Positions 1 to 8,447 of a DNA stretch of 57,781 nt are shown in pieces. The translations under genes were made by a program, and so were the position numbers. The notes below the pieces were generated by a model that was not told the DNA's origin, made no database searches, and saw only the letters and a program-made list of their open reading frames with translations. The first letter of the stretch is position 1. Each line of letters starts with the position of its first letter. Source of the stretch: Gemmatimonadota bacterium (GTDB taxonomy: Bacteria > Gemmatimonadota > Gemmatimonadetes > Gemmatimonadales > GWC2-71-9); NCBI GenBank assembly GCA_036679605.1, contig JAZDCZ010000179.1, positions 1-57,781 of the forward strand, written 5' to 3'.

Positions 1-276
1 AGCGCGGGCGTCTACGGCATAGCGCTCGATTCACTGCACATGGTCCGAGGATTTGTCAAACAGCACGATCTGGGCTTCCCTGTAGTGATGTTTCCCGAGG
101 CGAAGTTGGCGCAGCTGTATCGTGCGGTGCGTGTTCCTCTTGTCATGGTGCTCAACGAGGAGGGCAGGGTTGTCTATTCCAGAGCTGGGCCTCTGACGAC
201 TCGGTCGGCGATTGATTCGCTGCTGGAGGCGGAGACGGTGAGTGCACTGGCTGCGCGGCCGATCTCTATGCGGTGA
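1..276 (+). CDS. Thioredoxin-fold (TlpA/peroxiredoxin-like) protein, 5'-truncated by window edge
   Basis: Frame open from base 1 (SAGVYGIALDSLHMVRGFVKQHDLGFPV...YRAVRVPLVMVLNEEGRVVY) matches the C-terminal half of TlpA/AhpC-TSA proteins. Confidence 0.7.
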   Translation, partial: SAGVYGIALDSLHMVRGFVKQHDLGFPVVMFPEAKLAQLYRAVRVPLVMVLNEEGRVVYSRAGPLTTRSAIDSLLEAETVSALAARPISMR

Positions 277-359
277 GTTAGGTGAACTGAGGATTCGTGT
301 GGGCTGGCCGAGGCTGGTTCTGTCTAGCAGGTCGAGTCATTTTTCAAGGAGGTATCATC

Positions 360-587
360 ATGGTTACGGTGAAACGGTTACTTCGCGGTATGAGCGTGGC
401 CCTGGTAGTGGCGGCGCTCGGCTTCGGTACGACGCAGCTGTTAGCGGCTACGGCCACGGCCTGTAACGAACCGGGACAGGTCGGAACCTGTCCGCTCTTA
501 GACGAGATAACGTGCCCGCAAGCGTGCATGGATGTGTTCGGGAATCCGGGCCAGTGTTTCCGGGGTTGCTGCCAGTGCGTGATCTGA
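360..587 (+). CDS. Small secreted Cys-rich peptide (75 aa, 8 Cys), defensin-like spacing
   Basis: Strong RBS AAGGAGG before ATG 360; basic N-terminus, hydrophobic signal, AxA site, then Cys-rich mature region. Confidence 0.8.
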   Translation: MVTVKRLLRGMSVALVVAALGFGTTQLLAATATACNEPGQVGTCPLLDEITCPQACMDVFGNPGQCFRGCCQCVI

Positions 588-600
588 CCAGGGAATAGCA

Positions 601-625
601 GTAGGGGCGACGCATGCGTCGCCCC
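601..625. repeat. GTAG-type REP-like palindrome
   Basis: GTAG overlapping a perfect 22-bp palindrome GGGGCGACGCATGCGTCGCCCC (604-625), intergenic. Confidence 0.7.
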
Positions 626-703
626 AACAGCTTAGTCGCTATTCGATATTCCGTTGTGTCGCGCCGTGCAGTTGTATCATACAGAGCAAGAGGAGTGAGG
701 CGC

Positions 704-2011
704 ATGGCCTACTGTAATAAGCTAATTGGTACTCTGTTGGGGCTCACCACTCTCCTGGCTGCCTGCCAGCCGGGCGAAATTACCCAGGTGAATCCCAGCG
801 ATGCTAACGCTGACGCCCCGAACGTTCCTAAAGTGAACCGAACCACGCTCACGGTGCATGCGGCCGTGGACTCGGTCGATCGTGCGTTGGGCGATTCATT
901 AGGCTGGCGGGACGGGATCCCGGGTGCGGAGATAGACATCCTACGCAATGGGACTGCTGAGTGGATTACGGTGCTCACCGATTCGAGCGGTATGGTGAGC
1001 GTAGGCAAACTGGGAGCGGGTCTGTATCGGGTTTACGGGGCGCGAACGCTCACGGACGGAGAGGCGGGAGCAGTGGGAGGTGTAATACGGGCGTTTGGCG
1101 ACGGTCGGACGATCGGTATCGGTGGAGAGACGACACTCGAGTTGTCGATGATAGCCGATCGGCCGCGCTCGCTTGTGATCAGCGAACTCGGAAACGGGGG
1201 GCCGGTACCATGGGAGACGGGAGGGACCAGCTACCTCAAGGGTCTGTACTTCGAGATCTACAACAACTCGGACAAGATGATGTATCTGGACGGCATGCTG
1301 TTTGGAGTGTCGGGTGCGGTTTGGACTAGCAGGAGTCTGGTGACAGCGTGCTCCGAGAGCCAGACGCCACGGACCGATCCCGCGGGAATTCACGCGGCGG
1401 AGGTTCTGCGGTTTCCCGGGTCCGGTACGGAGTATCCGATCGGCCCGGGTGAGACACGGACGATGGCGGTGGCGGCGATCGACCACAGGCCCGTTCATCC
1501 GACGCTGATCGACGAGTCGGACGCGGACTTCGAGATGGGCCTTGGGGGAGGTGCCAACAACCCCGCCGTGCCCGACATGAGCAGGCCGTCCTTTCCCAAC
1601 CCATTCCTTGTAGGGAGCCTGTTGGCGTTCAGCCATGTGTATTTCCTATCGCAGCCGGTGGATGTGGCGAGTCAACCGGTGTCGTGGCGGGACGCGTTCA
1701 ATGGCAGAGAGTACGTACTCATACCAAAGGACAAGCTTATCGACGTGGTAGCCTTGAAGACGATCTGGCCTGTGCGTGATCCTGAGTTTCCTCCGTGCGT
1801 TCCCATGGTGCAGCGCGGCTTCGACCGCTACGAGGGTGGGTTCCAGCAGATCGGTTTTGATGTCGATCCCGCGTTCCGCAGCACGCGGTCCTTGCAGCGG
1901 CGAGTGCTGCGGATTAGTACCGACGGCCGGAAGATTCTGTACAACACCAGGACCACTACGGTGGATTTCTTCCGGGGAGTGGTGCCGCGCACGTGGCGGA
2001 GCATTCCGTAA
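704..2011 (+). CDS. Lipoprotein with DUF4876-like domain
   Basis: RBS AGGAG before ATG 704; lipobox LAAC; motifs YFEIYNNSDKMMYLDG, FPGSGTEYPIGPGE, AIDH, DADFE resemble DUF4876. Confidence 0.75.
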   Translation: MAYCNKLIGTLLGLTTLLAACQPGEITQVNPSDANADAPNVPKVNRTTLTVHAAVDSVDRALGDSLGWRDGIPGAEIDILRNGTAEWITVLTDSSGMVSVGKLGAGLYRVYGARTLTDGEAGAVGGVIRAFGDGRTIGIGGETTLELSMIADRPRSLVISELGNGGPVPWETGGTSYLKGLYFEIYNNSDKMMYLDGMLFGVSGAVWTSRSLVTACSESQTPRTDPAGIHAAEVLRFPGSGTEYPIGPGETRTMAVAAIDHRPVHPTLIDESDADFEMGLGGGANNPAVPDMSRPSFPNPFLVGSLLAFSHVYFLSQPVDVASQPVSWRDAFNGREYVLIPKDKLIDVVALKTIWPVRDPEFPPCVPMVQRGFDRYEGGFQQIGFDVDPAFRSTRSLQRRVLRISTDGRKILYNTRTTTVDFFRGVVPRTWRSIP

Positions 2012-2087
2012 TCTCAACTAGCTCTCTGGCCGTGTCGGAGTACAACCCGTCGGGTTCGATCCCCCTCGCCACGGTAATGGGCCCCAT

Positions 2088-3500
2088 TTACCAGAACTGG
2101 TTGGCACCCGCCGTAGCGCTCGAGGTCACCGAAGCTACAGCGCAGGCGTTCATGGGTACGCTGCGCTGGCAGGCGCGTGCTACGCTGGGTTTTTGGGTAC
2201 AGGTCCGTTCCGAGAACGCCTCGCCGCCCGACAACCGCTCGGGGTTGTTGCCCGGCGCGCCCCGTGGCGACCGCGACAGGTTGCGGGCGGCGTTCGGGGT
2301 GGTGTTGGGGGGGCGGTAGCAGACTGGCGACGGGCCATGCATCGCCGCGCTTCTCTCCTTGGTCTCGCTCAACACCGTGGCCACCCGATCTGCCAGGTCG
2401 CCCAGCGCAGTTCGCACGGCAGGCCACGGTAGATCTACCTGAGCGGCCAGCCGCTTGAAGTCGCCGGCTTGCACATTCCGAACATCCCACGCCCGTCCGA
2501 TTTTCATCGCCATGCGACGCCGTAGACCAGGATAGATCTCCGTAGATACGACGTCATAATGTGGCGATAGCAACGCTCCTCCCCGCTCGTAGAGGAGAGC
2601 GAGGTTCTTGGCGTGCGCGTCCTCGTTTCCGACCAAATAGTTGAATCCGGCCCACCGGATCAGCCGCTCCAGGTCGACGACAGGGGCTGCCGCATGCCGG
2701 CTGATCACCGCTGCGCACCGTTTGATGCCCGGTCCCCCGTCGTGTTCGTATTTACGCCCCGGGTCGACCGCCAGCACCTGGCAGAAATCCTCCTGGTGCA
2801 GTTTCGCCAGGGAGTCTCCGCTTGCTATGCGATCGAAACGCTCTGTGCAGAAGACTCGCACGTCGGGCGCGATGATTCCGACCGACGCAACGACGAGATC
2901 CGCCGCTTCGGCCAAAGCCATGCAGAACAGCTCGTTCTCCAAGACGTCGGGAAATTCAGTGGCCGACTGCTTCAGGATGTGGCTCGTAACCGCACCGTTG
3001 AGCGGCAGTTGCCACCGGCCCTCTGCATCACGAAGGAGTGCGATCTTTTCCTGCGCTCCGGCTAGAGAGAGCCGGCCCCGTACCAACGCTCCCGCGAGGG
3101 TCTGTCGATCGGCCCTCGAGAACAGGCCGGCCACTTCAGCTCCGTCCAGCGTGCGGTAGGCCGGTGGCGCCGCTGGCCGCTTCGTCTCAGGCCAGATCGA
3201 CACAGCACCGGGACACTCCCCACCAATCACGCCCAGCAGAACAAGGTCGTTCTCGGGCGCGGTGCCTATCGCCGCCGTCACGAGCCTGCGGTAGGCTTGC
3301 TCGGGGAGAAGGTTGCGAAAAAACGGCCCCGCCGCTGAATCCGCATACGGCTCCTGCCGCTTCGGAAGTGAGAGCGAGATCGGCGGCAGCTCCAGGTTTT
3401 CCAGTGCACCCGGCGCGTACGTGAAGCGCACGCCGCGGCCCCGTGCCGTAAGTGTGCCCACCAGCTCGCCGAACAGCAGGACGTCAAACACGCTGACCAA
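2088..3500 (-). CDS. hipA: Type II TA toxin HipA-family kinase (atypical C-terminal tail)
   Basis: N-terminal coupling domain (FFRNLLPE), SLAGAQEK P-loop, HILK, HQEDFCQ, GNEDAHAKN, SPHYD motifs. Confidence 0.92.
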   Translation of the reverse strand: MVSVFDVLLFGELVGTLTARGRGVRFTYAPGALENLELPPISLSLPKRQEPYADSAAGPFFRNLLPEQAYRRLVTAAIGTAPENDLVLLGVIGGECPGAVSIWPETKRPAAPPAYRTLDGAEVAGLFSRADRQTLAGALVRGRLSLAGAQEKIALLRDAEGRWQLPLNGAVTSHILKQSATEFPDVLENELFCMALAEAADLVVASVGIIAPDVRVFCTERFDRIASGDSLAKLHQEDFCQVLAVDPGRKYEHDGGPGIKRCAAVISRHAAAPVVDLERLIRWAGFNYLVGNEDAHAKNLALLYERGGALLSPHYDVVSTEIYPGLRRRMAMKIGRAWDVRNVQAGDFKRLAAQVDLPWPAVRTALGDLADRVATVLSETKERSAAMHGPSPVCYRPPNTTPNAARNLSRSPRGAPGNNPERLSGGEAFSERTCTQKPSVARACQRSVPMNACAVASVTSSATAGANQFW

Positions 3501-3720
3501 TCATCGCGCTGCGACGCCCGATCTCCACGTCGAACCCCAGCAGGCCGAGGATTCGGAGCAGCGTCTTGAACGTGACACCGGGCCGCTTGCCCCGCTCGAG
3601 TTCGCTGAGCAACCGAATGCTGGTGCCTGCCCGCAAGGCCAGTTGGGTCAGGGTGAGCCCCAATTCCTCGCGACGACTTCGGATCAGGCGCCCCACCATC
3701 CTCATGTCCGTCACTTTCAT
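3484..3720 (-). CDS. HipB-like XRE helix-turn-helix antitoxin
   Basis: IRSRREELGLTLTQLALRAGTSIRLLSELERGK XRE motif; GGAGG RBS; overlaps hipA start. Confidence 0.85.
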   Translation of the reverse strand: MKVTDMRMVGRLIRSRREELGLTLTQLALRAGTSIRLLSELERGKRPGVTFKTLLRILGLLGFDVEIGRRSAMIGQRV

Positions 3721-3733
3721 GACAGCCTCCGCT

Positions 3734-3797
3734 TTACACAAAGGGACAATATAGTCCACCAGCACGAAATAACACGAGTCATCATCCCTTTGTGTAA
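3734..3797. promoter_or_regulatory. Candidate HipB operator: 13-bp inverted repeat
   Basis: TTACACAAAGGGA (3734-3746) and TCCCTTTGTGTAA (3785-3797) directly upstream of the hipB-like gene. Confidence 0.6.
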
Positions 3798-3967
3798 GAT
3801 AGATATCACCATACCCCGTATTGACTTATAGCACCATTGTCGTAATCATGCGGAAATACCCTCAGATTGAGAGCTTTTCACCAATCCGAGCGACATGCGA
3901 CGAGCCGCAATCCTCCGATCCGGCACACCCGTCGCCCCTACTGCATCCGAGGTTCCTCAAATCTAGC

Positions 3968-3996
3968 TTGACCCGTGTAACGTGACAGGGTACATT
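3968..3996 (+). promoter_or_regulatory. Sigma70 promoter of higBA with operator in the spacer
   Basis: TTGACC-N17-TACATT; near-palindrome TGTAACGTGACA in the spacer. Confidence 0.7.
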
Positions 3997-4002
3997 ATGG
4001 AG

Positions 4003-4281
4003 GTGATTAAGAGCCTTCGTCACAAGGGGCTGAAGCGCTACTTCAAGACAGGAGATGCCCGTGGACTCCCCGCCAAAATGCTGGGGCGCTTGCGTCTTAT
4101 CCTGGCGGACCTGGACGCGGCCGAAAAACCCCTGGATCTCAACCTTCCGGGATATCGCCTCCATCCCCTCAAAGGTGACCTCAAGAGTTTTTGGGCGATC
4201 GACGTCACCGCCAACTGGCGGGTGATCTTCCGCATCGAGGACACCGACGTCTACGATGTTGACTTAACTGATTACCACTGA
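4003..4281 (+). CDS. higB: HigB (RelE/ParE family) toxin
   Basis: [13 protein letters not shown]...[11 protein letters not shown]...[13 protein letters not shown]...DYH; start GTG 4003 or ATG 3997. Confidence 0.93.
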   Translation: MIKSLRHKGLKRYFKTGDARGLPAKMLGRLRLILADLDAAEKPLDLNLPGYRLHPLKGDLKSFWAIDVTANWRVIFRIEDTDVYDVDLTDYH

Positions 4282-4295
4282 AGGAGATAAATACG

Positions 4296-4583
4296 ATGCC
4301 CATGTTCGATCCACCCCACCCTGGTGAGCACGTGAAGGCGAATTGCCTAGAGCCGCTAGATCTTTCGGTCACGGCCGCGGCCAAGGGCCTGGGGGTGGCC
4401 CGCAAGACTCTCTCGGAACTGGTAAACGGGAAGGCTGGGATCTCGCCCCAGATGGCGATTCGGCTTGAGAAGGCGTTCGGGAGTTCTGCCCGGCACTGGC
4501 TGCAACTCCAAATGAACTACGACCTGTGGCACGCTCAGCAATGGGCAGGTGACCTCGACGTAGAACGCCTCCAGCATGCCTAA
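4296..4583 (+). CDS. higA: HigA antitoxin
   Basis: PPHPGE...[24 protein letters not shown]...[10 protein letters not shown]; downstream of toxin; AAGGAG RBS. Confidence 0.93.
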   Translation: MPMFDPPHPGEHVKANCLEPLDLSVTAAAKGLGVARKTLSELVNGKAGISPQMAIRLEKAFGSSARHWLQLQMNYDLWHAQQWAGDLDVERLQHA

Positions 4584-4654
4584 GCGACGGGTGACCCCTG
4601 CCATCGGTCGGTGACGATGTTCGACTGATCATTGATGTTGCCAGTCGGCGGGCC

Positions 4655-4855
4655 CGGCGGCTTAATGCAAGAAGTGCGTCCTGTAAGGACGCTTTGCTCG
4701 GCCGAGCGGGTCCTCGTCAGGGCCCGACTCTCAACGAATCATCCTCAGGACCCGACTCGCAAATGGGTATGCCGCGCTAGAATCCGACCCTCAAACGGGA
4801 ATGCTTCGCTAGGACCCGACCGTCAACGGGGAATGCTTTGACAGGACCCAAGTCC
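4655..4855. repeat. Left structured cassette: ~80-bp head plus 32-bp tandem repeats
   Basis: Units begin at 4719, 4747, 4779, 4811, 4843; consensus AGGACCCGACTCTCAAACGGGAATGCTTCGCT; head repeated at 5462. Confidence 0.85.
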
Positions 4856-4977
4856 CAACCAGTCCTCACCGGAATTCGATCTCAGCACTATATCCCTGCG
4901 TGAGACGCATAGCTTGGTCCATCACTGCGATCAATTGGTTATGTGCTTCGGGCCTATCCATGTTTGTTTGCAATCGT

Positions 4978-5364
4978 ATGCCAGTCACAATGTACGTACA
5001 TCTGACTTGGACTACGTTCCGCAATCGGCCACTGATCGATGGTGGCTGTGCAAAGTTCTTGCGACAATTCCTCAAGTCCGTAGCCAGCCGCTACGGTGCT
5101 GACGCAATCGATGTAGGAATAGTCAGCGACCACATACACATGCTCCTCATGTTGCCTTCGGTCATCGACATACCACGATTGGTGCAAGGTCTCAAGGGCG
5201 CGAGTGCGCGCGTCGCCAACAGGGACAAGATTGTTAGGGGTGAGAAATTACGCTGGGCACGTGGCTATGATCTCCGCTCCGTATCGCCGCAAGCACTCCC
5301 GCAAGTCAGCCATTACATACGCAATCAAGCACAGCACCATCCGCTGTCGCGCATCCATGAATAG
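4978..5364 (+). mobile_element. tnpA: IS200/IS605-family Y1 HUH transposase (TnpA-like), no tnpB
   Basis: YVHLTWTT, DHIH (HUH), LKGAS, WARGY, YIRNQ (catalytic Tyr) and HH. Confidence 0.88.
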
Positions 5365-5461
5365 GCGAGTTGAAGCCGACGATCCAGCACTGTTGACAAT
5401 GGAAGGAACGATTTTCACAACCCAATGGTGTTGGTGAGTCGAGGGTTAACAAACCCTCGCT

Positions 5462-5622
5462 CGGCGGCCTAGTGAAAGAAGTGCGTCCTCTTAAGGACGC
5501 TTTGCTCGGCCGAGCGGGTCCTCGTCAGGGCCCGACTCTCAGACGGGAATGCTTCGGTAGGACCCGACTCTCAATCGGGAACGCTTCGACCGTACCTGAC
5601 TCTCAAACGGTGACGCTTCGAC
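5462..5622. repeat. Right structured cassette: direct repeat of left head plus three 32-bp units
   Basis: Near-identical AAGAAGTGCGTCCT..AAGGACGCTTTGCTCGGCCGAGCGGGTCCTCGTCAGGGCCCGACTCTCA; units at 5527, 5559, 5591. Confidence 0.85.
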
Positions 5623-5677
5623 GGGATTATCGAGAATCCAAGAATTTCGATATTCCTTGTTCAGTATTCAGTATTCG

Positions 5678-8164
5678 TTAACCGCACTCGCTATAGCCGC
5701 ACACGTGACACTTGACGCACCCTTCCGCGAACTCGAGCTGAGAACCACAGTCTGGGCAAGTACCGATAAACTGCTGCGGATTCCCGAACGCCAGCTCAAT
5801 CATTTCGCCGTCGGCTCCTGCGACCGCTTCGTGAACCACCGGCACCGCAACATCTTCGTCCTGCAACAGATCCTGCTGGATCCCCTGCTTGGCCTGCATC
5901 CACCGCTCCATCGCTATTCCGATGGCGTCGGGCACTGAAAGGACCTTCGTCGGTCCGAGTCCTGTCACACGGTCGGATGAGATGCCACGAAGTTGCCGAT
6001 GGATCTCCGACATCGGAATGCCGGAACGCAGTGCGAGCGAGATGAGCCGGCCGACCGCCTCGACGTCGGCCATGAGCGCGCCGCCGGCCTTGCCGAGCGT
6101 CATGAAGACCTCGAACGGCTGGCCCTTGTCGTCTTCGGTTATCGTGACGTAGAGCGTGCCCATCGGGGTCTCTACCCTGCGTGTGGTTCCCTTGAGGAGT
6201 TCCGGACGCGAGCGCTTGGCGCGGCGCTGTAGGTTCTCGGCCTCGACGTCGTGCAGCGCCTTCTTCGTGCGAGTGAGTTCGGCTTCCAACTCGGCCGCCG
6301 TTGCCCGCAATTCAGTGACTTCGTCGGACGGTCTGCCCTCTGTCACATCTTCCCCGCTCTGCCGCCTTACCTTTCTGGCAGTGCTGCCCGTCGAGAGTAC
6401 CTGCATGTCCCGGCTACCATCACGGTACACCGTCACGCCCTTGCACTTGAGTTCAAAGGCGAGTTCGTAGATCTGGCGCACGTGGTCTTCCGTTGCGTCA
6501 TTCGGGAAGTTGCAGGTCTTGCTGATTGCACTGTCGGTGAACTCCTGGAACGCCGCCTGCATCCGAATGTGCCATTCGGGTGTCACGTCATGCGCAGCTA
6601 CGAATACCTGCTGCCACTTTTCGGGCACTTCATCGAAATGGATGTGGCCGGACTCGGCAATCTTCTGCATCAGCGCTTCGGAATACCACCCCTCACTCTT
6701 GGCAGTGGCCACGAACTCTTCATTCACATCGGGCATCAGGACTCCGGCCTGATTCCGTAAGAACGCCACCGCGAACAGAGGCTCGATGCCCGATGAGCAC
6801 CCTGCGATAATCGATATCGTGCCGGTCGGAGCAACCGTCGTGAGATTGCAGTTCCTGAGCTTTCTCATTGGACGGATTCGGTTACCCGCCGCATCCCTGG
6901 CGCAGGTTGCGTCCGGGCCCCAAATGCTCTTCTCCCAAGCCGGGAACACACCCCGCTTCGTGGCCAGGCGCTCGCTCTCGACTTTCGCCTCACTATCTAC
7001 AAAGCTCATGAGCTTGCCCGCCCATGTGATAGCTTCGTCGGAGTTGTACGGCACGCCAAGCTTGATCAAGAAGTCGGCCCACCCCATGATGCCCAACCCG
7101 ATGCGGCGGATCTGCTGCGCCAATTGGGTGATCTCGGGCAGCGGGTATTTGTTGGCGTCGATCACATTGTCCAAAAAGTGCGTGCAGAGATGCACCGCAC
7201 GTCGCAGACCATCCCAGTCAACCTCACCGTTGTGGACGAACAGCCCAACGTTGATCGAGCCCAGATTGCACACGTCGTAGGACAACAACGGCTGCTCGCC
7301 ACAGGGGTTGGTGGCCTCATAGTTACCCAGTTGTGGCACCGGGTTGTGCCGATTCGCCTCGTCAATGAAGAAGACACCGGGCTCACCGGTCTTCCAAGCA
7401 CCGTGAATTACTTTGTCGAACACCTCGGGCGCGCTGAGCTGTCCCACGGTTTCGCCCGTCCGCGGATGTATCAGGTCGTAATCCTCTCCCGTCTTCACTG
7501 CTTGCATAAACTTGTCGGTGACAGCCACGGAGATATTGAAGTTTGTTATCTGTGTGGTGTCGTCTTTGCAACCGATGAAGTCGAGGATGTCGGGGTGATC
7601 GACCCGCAGGATGCCCATGTTGGCGCCCCTGCGCGTGCCGCCCTGCTTGACCACCTCGGTGGAGGCATCGTAGAGCGACATAAAAGAAATGGGACCGGAC
7701 GCTACTCCCATCGTCGAGCGAACCACGTCAGAATTGGGACGCAGTCTTGAGAAACCGAATCCAGTGCCGCCACCCGATTGGTGGACCAGAGCCATGTTGC
7801 GCAGCGTGTCGTAGATGCCACTAGTCCCATTCGATAGCGCGTCATCAACCGGCAGCACGAAGCACGCCGAAAGTTGGCCGAGTGGCCGGCCGGCATTCAT
7901 CAGCGTCGGGCTGTTGGGCATCCAAACTCGGGTTGCCATCAACTCGTAGAACGTCTCAGCCAAGGCCTCGATGGCACCCTCACTTGCACCATCTCTCGAA
8001 TCCGCCGCCGCAATAGTTCGTACTACTCGCCAAAACAGGTCCGCCGGCTCCTCGACCGGTTCACCTTGATCGTCCTTGATGAGGTAGCGCCGCCTAAGTA
8101 CGGTGACAGCGTTGTCCGACAGTTGGAGTTCTATTTCCCGATTATTTCCGCCGGAAAAACCCAT
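5678..8164 (-). CDS. nrdJ: Vitamin B12-dependent (class II) ribonucleotide reductase with C-terminal TSCPD-like/Zn-ribbon region
   Basis: PNSPTLMNAG, SACFV, RRGANMG, TNPCGEQ, APTGTIS, SKTCN; terminal CPDC...CHVC. Confidence 0.95.
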   Translation of the reverse strand: MGFSGGNNREIELQLSDNAVTVLRRRYLIKDDQGEPVEEPADLFWRVVRTIAAADSRDGASEGAIEALAETFYELMATRVWMPNSPTLMNAGRPLGQLSACFVLPVDDALSNGTSGIYDTLRNMALVHQSGGGTGFGFSRLRPNSDVVRSTMGVASGPISFMSLYDASTEVVKQGGTRRGANMGILRVDHPDILDFIGCKDDTTQITNFNISVAVTDKFMQAVKTGEDYDLIHPRTGETVGQLSAPEVFDKVIHGAWKTGEPGVFFIDEANRHNPVPQLGNYEATNPCGEQPLLSYDVCNLGSINVGLFVHNGEVDWDGLRRAVHLCTHFLDNVIDANKYPLPEITQLAQQIRRIGLGIMGWADFLIKLGVPYNSDEAITWAGKLMSFVDSEAKVESERLATKRGVFPAWEKSIWGPDATCARDAAGNRIRPMRKLRNCNLTTVAPTGTISIIAGCSSGIEPLFAVAFLRNQAGVLMPDVNEEFVATAKSEGWYSEALMQKIAESGHIHFDEVPEKWQQVFVAAHDVTPEWHIRMQAAFQEFTDSAISKTCNFPNDATEDHVRQIYELAFELKCKGVTVYRDGSRDMQVLSTGSTARKVRRQSGEDVTEGRPSDEVTELRATAAELEAELTRTKKALHDVEAENLQRRAKRSRPELLKGTTRRVETPMGTLYVTITEDDKGQPFEVFMTLGKAGGALMADVEAVGRLISLALRSGIPMSEIHRQLRGISSDRVTGLGPTKVLSVPDAIGIAMERWMQAKQGIQQDLLQDEDVAVPVVHEAVAGADGEMIELAFGNPQQFIGTCPDCGSQLEFAEGCVKCHVCGYSECG

Positions 8165-8447
8165 TACGGCGCCTGCCCCATGTTGAGAGTTGAGGAGTTA
8201 GCACTAACCTCGAAATGTACGTTTTTTGAGAACCGCTGGCCGGTTGCCGGTGCGGGAAGCCAAAGTAGACATCATCGGTGCCTCACGCAATAGCCGAGGA
8301 ATCCGATACTTCAAGGCCCAATTCTCCGTCCACATCACAAATCTGTTATCAGGTCGAACTGTGATCTGCCCACTCCCCTGAGCGGTGCCTGCGTGAGAGG
8401 TCTACGTAGTGCTGCCTGTCCCGTGAGTGGGATCTATCAAGGACTGT

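Noticed and set aside
2050..2071. GGGTTCGATCCC...GCCA resembling a tRNA T-arm/3' end (att site)
   Set aside because: The T-stem pairs only 3 bp and no acceptor, D or anticodon arms can be built
3926..4593. 10-bp inverted repeat CACCCGTCGC/GCGACGGGTG flanking higBA
   Set aside because: Too short and GC-rich to exclude chance; no target duplication seen
4719..5622. 32-bp arrays as CRISPR
   Set aside because: Units are contiguous degenerate copies with no unique spacers, and no cas genes are in the window
5364..5677. tnpB or omega-RNA partner for the TnpA
   Set aside because: No RuvC-like ORF and no room for one between tnpA and nrdJ
5657..8293. Long antisense and alternate-frame ORFs over nrdJ (likewise over purA, the dehydrogenase and ribosomal genes)
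   Set aside because: Shadow ORFs expected in GC-rich coding DNA; no motifs or RBS
8165..8447. NrdR boxes or a cobalamin riboswitch upstream of nrdJ
   Set aside because: No convincing tandem NrdR consensus or B12-box seen by eye; needs a PWM/Infernal scan
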